A stretch of 64,000 bases of DNA from Deltaproteobacteria bacterium (GTDB taxonomy: Bacteria > Desulfobacterota > Deferrimicrobia > Deferrimicrobiales > Deferrimicrobiaceae). A program made the position numbers and the translations under genes. The stretch is taken from positions 1,705 through 65,704 of the forward strand of contig JACRMU010000065.1 of the NCBI GenBank assembly GCA_016219515.1, given 5' to 3'. Below the pieces are notes generated by a model. The model saw nothing but the letters and a program-made list of their open reading frames with translations, had not been told where the DNA came from and made no database searches. Positions within the stretch are counted from its first letter, which is position 1; the number at the start of each line of letters is the position of its first letter. Below are positions 56,358 through 64,000 of the stretch, one piece after another.

Positions 56358-58367
56358 GTGGATCAGGGAACACTCGACGCGCGGGCCATCAACGCAATCC
56401 GGTTTCTGTCGGTCGACGCCGTCCAGAAGGCGAAATCGGGGCATCCCGGGACGCCGATGGGGCTGGCCCCGCTGTCCTACCTGCTGTGGACCCGCTACCT
56501 CCGGTACAACCCCAGGAACCCCGATTGGCCGGGGAGGGACCGGTTCGTCCTGTCGTGCGGGCACGCGTCGATGCTGCTGTACTCCCTTTTGCACCTCGCC
56601 GGCTTCGACCTTTCCTTAGAGGATCTGCGGCAGTTCCGGCAGTGGGAGAGCAGGACGCCGGGGCACCCGGAAGCGGGACACACCCCGGGCGTGGAAGTGA
56701 CCACCGGCCCGCTGGGGCAGGGGATTTCGAACGCCGTGGGGATGGCGATGGCCTCCCGGCTGCTCGCGCAGCGGTTCAACCGGCCGGGGCACGAGATCGT
56801 CTCCCACCGCGTCGTGGCGCTCTGCTCGGACGGCGACCTGATGGAGGGCGTCGCCTCGGAGGCCGCCTCCCTGGCCGGTTTTCACCGGTTGGGGAACCTG
56901 GTCGCGTTCTACGACGACAACCGGATCACGATCGAGGGATCGACCGACCTGGCCTTCCGGGAGGACGTGGCGGGCCGGTTCCGCGCCTATGGATGGAACG
57001 TTCTTTCCGTCGCCGACGGGAACACGGACCTGGAAGGCCTCTCCCGCGCGATCGAGGCCGCGTTCGCGGAGCGGGAACGGCCCACGCTGGTGATCGTCAG
57101 GACGGAGATCGCCTTCGGCAGCCCCAACAAGCATGGGACCGCGGACGCCCACGGCTCGCCGCTGGGAGAAGCGGAGATCGCCCTGACGAAGGAGGCGCTG
57201 GGCTGGCCGAAGGAACCGGCGTTTTTCATCCCGGACGATGTGCTGGCCCATTTCCGGGAAGCGGTCCCGCGGGGGGAACGGCTCGAGCGCGAGTGGAGGG
57301 TGCGGATGGCGGAATACCTCCGCGCCTTTCCCGACCTGGCGATGGAGTGGGAGCGGGTGCACTGGGGCGACCTCCCGGAAGGGTGGGCGGACAGCCTCCC
57401 TTCCTTCCCGCCCGAAGGGGGGGCGATCGCCACCCGGAGCGCGTCCCGCCAGGTGATCAACGCGATCGCGGCGCGGGTCCCGGAGCTCGCCGGCGGATCG
57501 GCGGACCTGGCTCCGTCCACGGAGACGCTCATCAAGGGGGGCGGGGAGTTTCTTCCCGGCGCCCCGCCGGGGGGGCGCAATTTCCACTTCGGCGTCCGCG
57601 AGCATGGGATGGGCGCGATCCTCAACGGGATGGCGCGCCACGGCGGGGTCGTCCCGTACGGGGCCACCTTCCTCGTCTTCTCCGATTACATGCGGGGCTC
57701 CATCCGGCTGGCCGCGCTCATGGGGATCCGCGTGATCTACGTGTTCACCCACGACTCCATCGGCGTGGGCGAGGACGGGCCCACGCATCAGCCCGTCGAG
57801 CACGTGGCGTCGCTACGCACGATGCCGAACCTTTACGTGCTCCGCCCCGCCGACGCGAACGAGACCGCGGCGGCGTGGAGAATGGCGCTCGAGAGGACCG
57901 CGGGCCCCAGCGCCCTCATCCTGACCCGCCAGAAGCTGCCCGTCCTGCCGCCGGAGGCGGTCCACCGGGACGGCAACGTATCCCGGGGCGCTTACATCTA
58001 TGAAGAAGGAGCCGGCGGAAGCCCGAAGGTGATCCTTGCGGCCTCGGGGTCGGAGGTGCACGTGGCCCTCGGCGCGAAGAAACTCCTCGAAGCCGACGGG
58101 ATCCCGGCCCGCGTCGTCAGTTTCCTCTGCCGGGAGCGGTTCGAGGAGCAGCCCGAAGCGTACCGGGACATGGTATTCCCGCCCGCCGTCCGCGCGCGCG
58201 TCTCCGTGGAGGCGGGGAGCACCTTCGGCTGGGAGCGATACGTCGGGGAGAAGGGGGTTTCGGTGGGGATCGACCGGTTCGGGGCTTCCGCGCCGGGAGA
58301 CCGGCTGTTCCGGGAGTTCGGGATCACCGCAGAGGCGGTGGCCATGCGGGCGAAAGCGCTTTTATAA
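56358..58367 (+). CDS. tkt: transketolase
   Basis: N-terminus …[26 protein letters not shown] matches TktA (…[23 protein letters not shown]), including the TPP-binding motif. GTG start with RBS aggagg 8 nt upstream; the track ORF is N-extended. Confidence 0.9.
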   Translation: MDQGTLDARAINAIRFLSVDAVQKAKSGHPGTPMGLAPLSYLLWTRYLRYNPRNPDWPGRDRFVLSCGHASMLLYSLLHLAGFDLSLEDLRQFRQWESRTPGHPEAGHTPGVEVTTGPLGQGISNAVGMAMASRLLAQRFNRPGHEIVSHRVVALCSDGDLMEGVASEAASLAGFHRLGNLVAFYDDNRITIEGSTDLAFREDVAGRFRAYGWNVLSVADGNTDLEGLSRAIEAAFAERERPTLVIVRTEIAFGSPNKHGTADAHGSPLGEAEIALTKEALGWPKEPAFFIPDDVLAHFREAVPRGERLEREWRVRMAEYLRAFPDLAMEWERVHWGDLPEGWADSLPSFPPEGGAIATRSASRQVINAIAARVPELAGGSADLAPSTETLIKGGGEFLPGAPPGGRNFHFGVREHGMGAILNGMARHGGVVPYGATFLVFSDYMRGSIRLAALMGIRVIYVFTHDSIGVGEDGPTHQPVEHVASLRTMPNLYVLRPADANETAAAWRMALERTAGPSALILTRQKLPVLPPEAVHRDGNVSRGAYIYEEGAGGSPKVILAASGSEVHVALGAKKLLEADGIPARVVSFLCRERFEEQPEAYRDMVFPPAVRARVSVEAGSTFGWERYVGEKGVSVGIDRFGASAPGDRLFREFGITAEAVAMRAKALL

Positions 58368-58390
58368 GAAACCAGGGGGAGGGGAACTTC

Positions 58391-59533
58391 ATGCCGACGA
58401 AGAGGAATCCTCTGGTCGAGCTGGGGAAGATGGGGCAGAGCCCGTGGCTCGACTACATCCACCGCGGCCTGATCGGGTCGGGAGAGCTCGCGAGGCTGGT
58501 TTCGCAGGACGGGATCAAGGGGGTCACCTCGAACCCGACGATCTTCGAGAAGGCGATTTCCGGGGGCCACGAATACGACGACCAGATCCGGGCGCTTGCC
58601 GCCTCCGGCAGGAGCGTCCAGGAGGCGTACGACGAAATCGCCACGGAAGACATCCGGAGGGCGGCCGACGTGCTGCGGCCCGTCTACGATGCGACCGCGG
58701 GCCACGACGGCTACGTTTCGCTGGAAGTGGACCCGGACCTCGCCTACGACACCGAGAGGACCGTTTCGCGGGCGGAGGAGCTCTTCCGGAAAGTTTCCCG
58801 GCCGAACGTCCTTATAAAGATCCCCGCCACGCGGGAAGGGCTGCCCGCCATCGAGAAAACGATCGCCTCGGGGATCCCGGTCAACGTGACGCTCATCTTT
58901 TCGGTGAAGCGGTACGAGGAAGTGGCGGAATCGTACATCCGTGGGGTGGAGCGGCTGATCGCCTCCGGGGGCGATCCCTCCCGCGTCGCCTCGGTGGCCT
59001 CCTTTTTCGTTTCGCGGGTGGACACCGCCGTCGACAAGCTCCTCAACGAAATCATCCCCCGCGCCCCGGGGTCGCCAAGGGCGGAGGCCGCAATCTCCCT
59101 GCTGGGGAAGGTGGCGGTCGCCAACGCGCGGCTGGCGTACGCAAGGTTCCGCGAAATCTTCTCCGCCCCGTGGTGGCGCGAACTGGCGGACAAGGGGGCC
59201 AGGCCGCAGCGCCCGCTCTGGGCGAGCACGGGGACGAAGAACCCGAAGTTCTCGGACGTCAAGTACGTGGAAGAGCTGATCGGCCCCGACACCGTCAACA
59301 CGATGCCTCCGCAGACGATGGACGCCTTCCGGGACCATGGGGAGGTCTCCGACGCGCTCTCCCGGAGGGAGGAGGAAGCCGGGGAGGTCCTGCGCGACCT
59401 CGGTCTCCTCGACATCGGGATCGAGGAAGTCTGCGAAAAACTGACGCGGGACGGGGTGGAGAGCTTCTCCGATTCCTTCTGCAAGCTGCTCGGGGCCATC
59501 GAGCGGCGGCTTGCGGAGACGAAACCCGCGTAA
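58391..59533 (+). CDS. tal: transaldolase
   Basis: SPWLDYI, TSNPTIFEKA, VSLEVDP and the active-site LIKIPAT motifs. Confidence 0.9.
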   Translation: MPTKRNPLVELGKMGQSPWLDYIHRGLIGSGELARLVSQDGIKGVTSNPTIFEKAISGGHEYDDQIRALAASGRSVQEAYDEIATEDIRRAADVLRPVYDATAGHDGYVSLEVDPDLAYDTERTVSRAEELFRKVSRPNVLIKIPATREGLPAIEKTIASGIPVNVTLIFSVKRYEEVAESYIRGVERLIASGGDPSRVASVASFFVSRVDTAVDKLLNEIIPRAPGSPRAEAAISLLGKVAVANARLAYARFREIFSAPWWRELADKGARPQRPLWASTGTKNPKFSDVKYVEELIGPDTVNTMPPQTMDAFRDHGEVSDALSRREEEAGEVLRDLGLLDIGIEEVCEKLTRDGVESFSDSFCKLLGAIERRLAETKPA

Positions 59534-59565
59534 GACCGGCAACGCCGGACCGACGGGAGAGCGCC

Positions 59566-60483
59566 ATGCGGATCGCGATGGTGGGCCTGGGGAAGATGGG
59601 AATGAACATGGCCCGCCGCCTGCTGCGCGGCGGGCACGAAGTGGTTGCGTTCGACCGTTCCCGCCCGTCCGTCGAGGAAGCCGCCCGGGAAGGGGCGATC
59701 CCCGCCGCGACGCTTGCCGAAGCCGCAGCGAAACTGTCCGCTCCCAAAGTCGTCTGGCTGATGGTGCCGGCCGGGGCTCCCGTGGACGAAAACGTGGAGG
59801 CCCTCGCGGGGCTCCTTGCGGAAGGCGACGTCGTCGTGGACGGCGGCAACTCGATGTACAAGGACGCCCCAAGGCGCGCGGAGCGCCTCGGCCGGCGCGG
59901 GATCCGGTTCCTGGATGCGGGGACCAGCGGCGGGATCTGGGGGCTTTCGGAAGGGTACTGCCTGATGGTCGGCGGGGACGAGGCCGCGTTCCGGCTCCTT
60001 GCCCCGGTGTTCACCACCCTGGCCCCGCCTGAAGGGTTCGCCTACATGGGGCCGCACGGAGCCGGCCACTTCGTGAAGATGGTCCACAACGGGGTCGAGT
60101 ACGGGATGATGCAGGCGTACGCCGAGGGGTTCGAGCTCCTGTCGACGGCGCCCTTCCCGCTCGATCTTCCGGAGATCGCCTCCCTCTGGAACCGGGGGAG
60201 CGTCGTTCGGTCGTGGCTGCTCGAGCTCGCCGGGCGCGCGCTGTCGAAGGACCCTTCCCTCTCGGGCCTTTCTCCCTACGTGGAGGATTCGGGGGAAGGA
60301 CGCTGGACCGTGGAGCGGTCGATCGAGGCCGGAGTGCCGCTCCCGGCGATCGGCCTCTCCCTCTACATGCGCTTCCTCTCCCGGCAGGAAAACTCCTTCG
60401 CGATGCGGATGCTGGCCGCCCTGCGGAACGAATTCGGGGGCCACGCGGTCCGGGCGGCGGCCCCGGAGCGGGAGAAGGGATAG
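59566..60483 (+). CDS. gnd: 6-phosphogluconate dehydrogenase (decarboxylating), short 305-aa Gnd/YqeC-like form
   Basis: NAD(P)-binding MVGLGKMGMNMA. Conserved HGAGHFVKMVHNGVEYGMMQAYAEG block. Confidence 0.85.
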   Translation: MRIAMVGLGKMGMNMARRLLRGGHEVVAFDRSRPSVEEAAREGAIPAATLAEAAAKLSAPKVVWLMVPAGAPVDENVEALAGLLAEGDVVVDGGNSMYKDAPRRAERLGRRGIRFLDAGTSGGIWGLSEGYCLMVGGDEAAFRLLAPVFTTLAPPEGFAYMGPHGAGHFVKMVHNGVEYGMMQAYAEGFELLSTAPFPLDLPEIASLWNRGSVVRSWLLELAGRALSKDPSLSGLSPYVEDSGEGRWTVERSIEAGVPLPAIGLSLYMRFLSRQENSFAMRMLAALRNEFGGHAVRAAAPEREKG

Positions 60484-60487
60484 GCCC

Positions 60488-62035
60488 GTGGCGACCGATC
60501 CGATCGGCGCCGCAGCGGGACCGCACGCCGGCCCGGGGATCGAGCCGCCCCCGCCGAGCCTGCTCGTCATCTTCGGCGCCTCGGGAGACCTCGCGAGGCG
60601 CCTCCTCCTCCCGGATCTTTTCGGCCTTTTCCTGGACGGGCTTCTTCCGGAGCGGTTCGCCGTGCTCGGAGTTTCGCGGACCGCCTATTCGGACGACGCG
60701 TTCCGGGAGCGAATAAGCGACTCCGCACGGGCGCTCGGCGAGGCGAAGTTCGACGCCTCCCGGTGGGACGCGTTCGCCGCCGGGCTCCATTACCACTCCG
60801 CGGACCTCGAGAACCCGGAGAGCTATCCGGCTCTCCGCGAGCGGATCCGGTCCCTGTGCGCCGCAAGAGGGATCCCGGGCAACATCATCTTCTACGCCGC
60901 CGTCGCCCCGAAACATTACGTCTCCCTGGTGCGAAGGGTCGGGGGAACGAAACTGGCGCTCCCTTCGGAAGACCTGCCCGGTTTCCGGCGGTTGATCGTG
61001 GAGAAGCCGTTCGGGCGCGACCTCGCGAGCGCGCGCGACCTCAACCGGGAGATCCTTTCCGTCTTCCCGGACGGGCAGGTCTACCGGATCGACCACTTCC
61101 TGGGGAAGGAGACCGTCCAGAACCTCTTCGTCTTCCGGTTCGGCAATGGGATCTTCGAGCCGGTGTGGAACCGGAACTACGTCGATCACGTGCAGATCAC
61201 CGTGGCCGAGTCGATCGGCGTGGAAGGCAGGGGCGACTATTACGACGAGGCGGGGGCGGTCCGGGACATGATCCAGAACCATCTCCTGCAGCTCATGGCC
61301 CTCGTGGCGATGGAGCCGCCGAACTCGCTCGACGGCGACGACGTGCGGGGCGAAAAGCTAAAGCTCCTGAAGTCGATCTCCCCCGTCGACCCGGAGCGCG
61401 CGCGGGACGTGTGCGTACGGGGGCAGTACACGGAGGGGGAGATCGGCGGGAAGAAGGTCCCGGCCTACCGCGCGGAGATAAACGTCCCCCCGGATTCCTC
61501 CACGGAGACGTATGCCGCCCTCCGGCTTGCGGTCGACAACTGGCGCTGGGCGGGCGTCCCCTTCTACCTTCGCACGGGGAAGCGGATGGCCAGGAAAATT
61601 TCCGAGATCGCGATCCAGTTCCACCCGGCGCCCTCGCAGCTGTTCAAGGACACGTCGTGCGGCCAGCTCGACTCGAATCTCCTGGTGATCAACATCCAGC
61701 CGGAGGAAGGGATCTTCCTCCGTTTCGGGGCGAAGGAGCCGGGGCCCGGCGTGTGCGTGCGGCCGGTCGATTTCCACTTTACCTACCGGGAGGCGTTCGG
61801 CGCGAAGAGCACCCCTGCGTATGGAAGGCTATTGCTCGACGTGATGCACGGCGACCCGACCCTCTTCCCGCGGGAGGAGGACGTCGAGACCTCCTGGGCG
61901 CTGCTCGACCCGTTCCTGCGCCGCTGGCGCGAGGATCCCGGGCGGGACCTTCGTTTTTATCCCGCGGGAGGTTGGGGGCCGCCCGAGGCGGATGCGCTCC
62001 TGGAAGGAGGCAGGGACCGGTGGCGGCAGCCCTGA
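60488..62035 (+). CDS. zwf: glucose-6-phosphate 1-dehydrogenase
   Basis: GASGDLA N-terminal motif and the active-site RIDHFLGKE. GTG start 4 nt after the gnd stop. Confidence 0.9.
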   Translation: MATDPIGAAAGPHAGPGIEPPPPSLLVIFGASGDLARRLLLPDLFGLFLDGLLPERFAVLGVSRTAYSDDAFRERISDSARALGEAKFDASRWDAFAAGLHYHSADLENPESYPALRERIRSLCAARGIPGNIIFYAAVAPKHYVSLVRRVGGTKLALPSEDLPGFRRLIVEKPFGRDLASARDLNREILSVFPDGQVYRIDHFLGKETVQNLFVFRFGNGIFEPVWNRNYVDHVQITVAESIGVEGRGDYYDEAGAVRDMIQNHLLQLMALVAMEPPNSLDGDDVRGEKLKLLKSISPVDPERARDVCVRGQYTEGEIGGKKVPAYRAEINVPPDSSTETYAALRLAVDNWRWAGVPFYLRTGKRMARKISEIAIQFHPAPSQLFKDTSCGQLDSNLLVINIQPEEGIFLRFGAKEPGPGVCVRPVDFHFTYREAFGAKSTPAYGRLLLDVMHGDPTLFPREEDVETSWALLDPFLRRWREDPGRDLRFYPAGGWGPPEADALLEGGRDRWRQP

Positions 62036-62064
62036 CAGATAAAAACGGTCTCCCGGAGGAACGG

Positions 62065-62826
62065 TTGTTCGTCGTTCCCACCGCGGAGGAACTGGCGCGG
62101 GCGGCCGCCGGCCGGATCTGGGGGATCGTCCGCGAGCGGGCGGCGGTGCTCCCGCGATGCGGAAAAACGGTGCCCCGGGTCCGGGTGGCCCTCTCCGGCG
62201 GGGAGACGCCCCGGCGGACGTACGAGATCCTCTCCGCGGAGCCGTACCGTTCCCGCTTTCCGTGGGAACTCGTCCATTTCTACCAGGTGGACGAGCGGTG
62301 GGTCCCGCCGGAGGACCCCCGGAGCAATCGCCGGATGCTGCACGAGGCGCTTCTCTCCCGCGCGCCGGTGCCGGCGGATCGGTTCCATTCCGTGGACACC
62401 GGGCTCTCCGGGCCCGAGGAGGGCGCGCGCCGGTACGAGGAGACGCTCCGGGCCGCGTTTCCGGATCCGCCCGGCGGGTTCCCGCGGTTCGACGCGATCC
62501 TGCTGGGGATCGGCCGGGACGGGCACACCGCATCGCTGTTTCCGGGCGCCCCCCTCGAAGAAGGAAGCGCATGGTTCATGGCGACGGCGGCCGCCGGCGA
62601 CCCTCCGGTCCGGCGCGTCACACTGACGCTCCCGGCGATCAACGCGGCGGCGCAGGCGATTTTCCTGGCGAGCGGGAAAGAGAAGGCGCGGGCGCTGCAC
62701 CGCGTGCTCTCCGGGGATCCGGTGCTTCCGGCCTCGCGGGTTTTTCCGGTCCGGGGGAAGCTCACGTTTCTCGCCGACGCCGACGCGGCGTCGATGACGC
62801 TTTCGAAAGGTGGGATCAAGCGATGA
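62065..62826 (+). CDS. pgl: 6-phosphogluconolactonase
   Basis: …VALSGGETP… and …LLGIGRDGHTASLFPG… are Pgl/DevB signatures. TTG start with RBS ggagg 5 nt upstream. No ATG is available; the frame overlaps the zwf stop. Confidence 0.75.
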   Translation: MFVVPTAEELARAAAGRIWGIVRERAAVLPRCGKTVPRVRVALSGGETPRRTYEILSAEPYRSRFPWELVHFYQVDERWVPPEDPRSNRRMLHEALLSRAPVPADRFHSVDTGLSGPEEGARRYEETLRAAFPDPPGGFPRFDAILLGIGRDGHTASLFPGAPLEEGSAWFMATAAAGDPPVRRVTLTLPAINAAAQAIFLASGKEKARALHRVLSGDPVLPASRVFPVRGKLTFLADADAASMTLSKGGIKR

Positions 62827-63839
62827 TCCTTGCCGGAGACGCCGGAGGGACCAAGACCAACCTGGCGCTCTTCACGGTGCGGGACGGGCGGATGGAGCGG
62901 GGGGAAACCCGTTCCTTCCCGAGCCGGGAGTACCCTTCCATCGAGTCCATCCTGGAAGAATTCCTTGCCGGCGGCGGGCCCGTCGATCTCGTCTGCGTCG
63001 GAGTCGCCGGCCCCGTCCGGGGGGGGCAAAGCAGGCTGACGAATCTCCCATGGGCGGTGGGAGAGGAATCGATCCGGCGGGCATGCGGGGCGAGGCGCGG
63101 TTTTCTCATCAACGACCTCCAGGCCACCGCCTTCGCGGTCCCGTTCCTGCCTCCCGGCCGGCTCGCCGTCCTGCAGGAGGGGGGAGCGGATCCGGAGGGG
63201 ACGGCCGTGGTGGTGGCGGCCGGGACGGGGCTGGGCGTGGGGTACCTCGTCCGCACCGGAAAGGGATGCCTGCCCTTCGCCTCGGAGGGCGGCCACGCCG
63301 CGTTCGCCCCCCGCGACGGCCGGGAGGCGAAACTGCTCGCGTTTCTTAAGGCGCGGCACGGCCGCGCGAGCATCGAACGCGTGCTCTCCGGCCCCGGCCT
63401 CCATGCGATCTACCGCTTCCTGCGGGAAACGGAAGGGCTATGCGAGATCCCGGAGGTCGATGCACGCCTGCAGCGCGAGGAGCCGCCCCGTGTGATCGCG
63501 GAGGAAGGACTCTCCGGGCGGTCGCCGGCGTGCGGGGAAGCGCTGCGCTTCTTCGCCTCCCTGTACGGGGCGCTGGCGGGCGACTTCGCGCTGCATCTCT
63601 TCGCGACGGGAGGAGTCTTCCTGGGAGGGGGGATCGCCCCCGCCATCCTGCCGGTCCTCTCGGAAGGGAGGTTCCTGGAGGCGTTCCCGGACAAGGGACG
63701 GTTCCGCGATTTCCTCTCGGGCAGTCCGGTGAGAGTGATCCTGGACGACATGGCGGCGCTGCTGGGGGCGGCGCGTTACGCGCAGGCGCTGCTGGGGGCG
63801 GCGCATTACGCGCAGGCGATGGAGGCGACGGGACGATGA
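62823..63839 (+). CDS. glk: glucokinase
   Basis: MILAGDAGGTKTNLAL aligns to E. coli Glk (ALVGDVGGTNARLAL). Also contains ERVLSGPGL. The ATG overlaps the pgl stop (ATGA). The C-terminus carries a 30-nt in-frame tandem duplication. Confidence 0.85.
   Translation: MILAGDAGGTKTNLALFTVRDGRMERGETRSFPSREYPSIESILEEFLAGGGPVDLVCVGVAGPVRGGQSRLTNLPWAVGEESIRRACGARRGFLINDLQATAFAVPFLPPGRLAVLQEGGADPEGTAVVVAAGTGLGVGYLVRTGKGCLPFASEGGHAAFAPRDGREAKLLAFLKARHGRASIERVLSGPGLHAIYRFLRETEGLCEIPEVDARLQREEPPRVIAEEGLSGRSPACGEALRFFASLYGALAGDFALHLFATGGVFLGGGIAPAILPVLSEGRFLEAFPDKGRFRDFLSGSPVRVILDDMAALLGAARYAQALLGAAHYAQAMEATGR
63758..63817 (+). repeat. 30-nt tandem direct duplication (1 mismatch) inside the 3' end of glk, encoding LLGAARYAQA / LLGAAHYAQA
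   Basis: gctgctgggggcggcgcgttacgcgcaggc followed by gctgctgggggcggcgcattacgcgcaggc. Read directly from the sequence. Confidence 0.6.
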
Positions 63840-64000
63840 GCCCGCGCCGAAAGACCTCCCGGATCGTGCTTGCCTCCGACCACGGGGGGGTGAAGATGAA
63901 GGCGGACCTTTTCCGCTGCCTTTCGGAACGGGGTTTTCCCGTTCGGGACCTGGGGACGGACTCCGCCGACCCCGTGGACTATCCGGACTACGGCTTCGCG
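63836..64000 (+). CDS. rpiB: ribose-5-phosphate isomerase B (RpiB/LacAB family), 5' part only (runs off window)
   Basis: MSPRRKTSRIVLASDHGGVKMKADL…GTDSADPVDYPDYG matches the RpiB N-terminus. The ATG overlaps the glk stop. Confidence 0.7.
   Translation, partial: MSPRRKTSRIVLASDHGGVKMKADLFRCLSERGFPVRDLGTDSADPVDYPDYGFA

Overview
High-GC (about 65%) 64-kb chromosomal segment from an anaerobic, selenoprotein-using bacterium. Gene content (periplasmic selenocysteine formate dehydrogenase, tungstate Tup transporter, hyp maturation genes, MvhD-like fragment, PEP-CTERM protein) is typical of Desulfobacterota/deltaproteobacteria-like organisms; I do not claim a species.

Gene content by position:
- 1-5 kb: partial MvhD-like gene at the left edge, a DUF4143 AAA ATPase, an orphan HicB-like antitoxin, and a TVP38/DedA plus mercuric-reductase-like flavoprotein pair.
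- 5-13.7 kb: a minus-strand operon fdhA(Sec)-fdnH-fdnI-fdhE-fdhD::mobA-dsbA-like(Sec)-ccp. The ORF track splits both selenoproteins at their in-frame UGA codons; I rejoined them by hand.
- 13.7-18.3 kb: an AT-rich divergent promoter region with a ModE-type palindrome, then modE-tupABC-moeA (tungstate uptake and Moco synthesis).
- 18.4-33.8 kb: three hybrid histidine kinases, a periplasmic family-3 binding protein, dtd and gltBD.
- 34-37.3 kb: comA-like, MmgE/PrpD, DCC thiol oxidoreductase and cupredoxin genes.
- 37.4-45.9 kb: hypEDCF (minus strand) and hypBA (plus strand), followed by an unusual KaiC-like/PPDK_N fusion gene.
- 46-51 kb: a Fic-domain gene, gdhA carrying an in-frame amber codon, a low-GC intergenic region upstream of a choice-of-anchor-A PEP-CTERM protein, a DMT protein, and a frameshifted Cys/His/Met-rich secreted protein.
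- 51-64 kb: CBS protein, acnA, mntP, terC and a pentose-phosphate/glycolysis cluster tkt-tal-gnd-zwf-pgl-glk-rpiB.

No CRISPR arrays, tRNA genes, rRNA genes or transposases were recognised. Many long antisense or alternative-frame ORFs in the track are high-GC artefacts.

Most noteworthy candidates:
- the UxxC selenoprotein DsbA plus CCP appended to a Sec/W-FDH operon;
- the P-loop-less KaiC-like/PPDK_N protein translationally coupled to hypA;
- a long structured leader between hypF and hypB;
- gdhA with an in-frame TAG;
- a low-GC, sigma54-type regulatory island in front of a PEP-CTERM protein.
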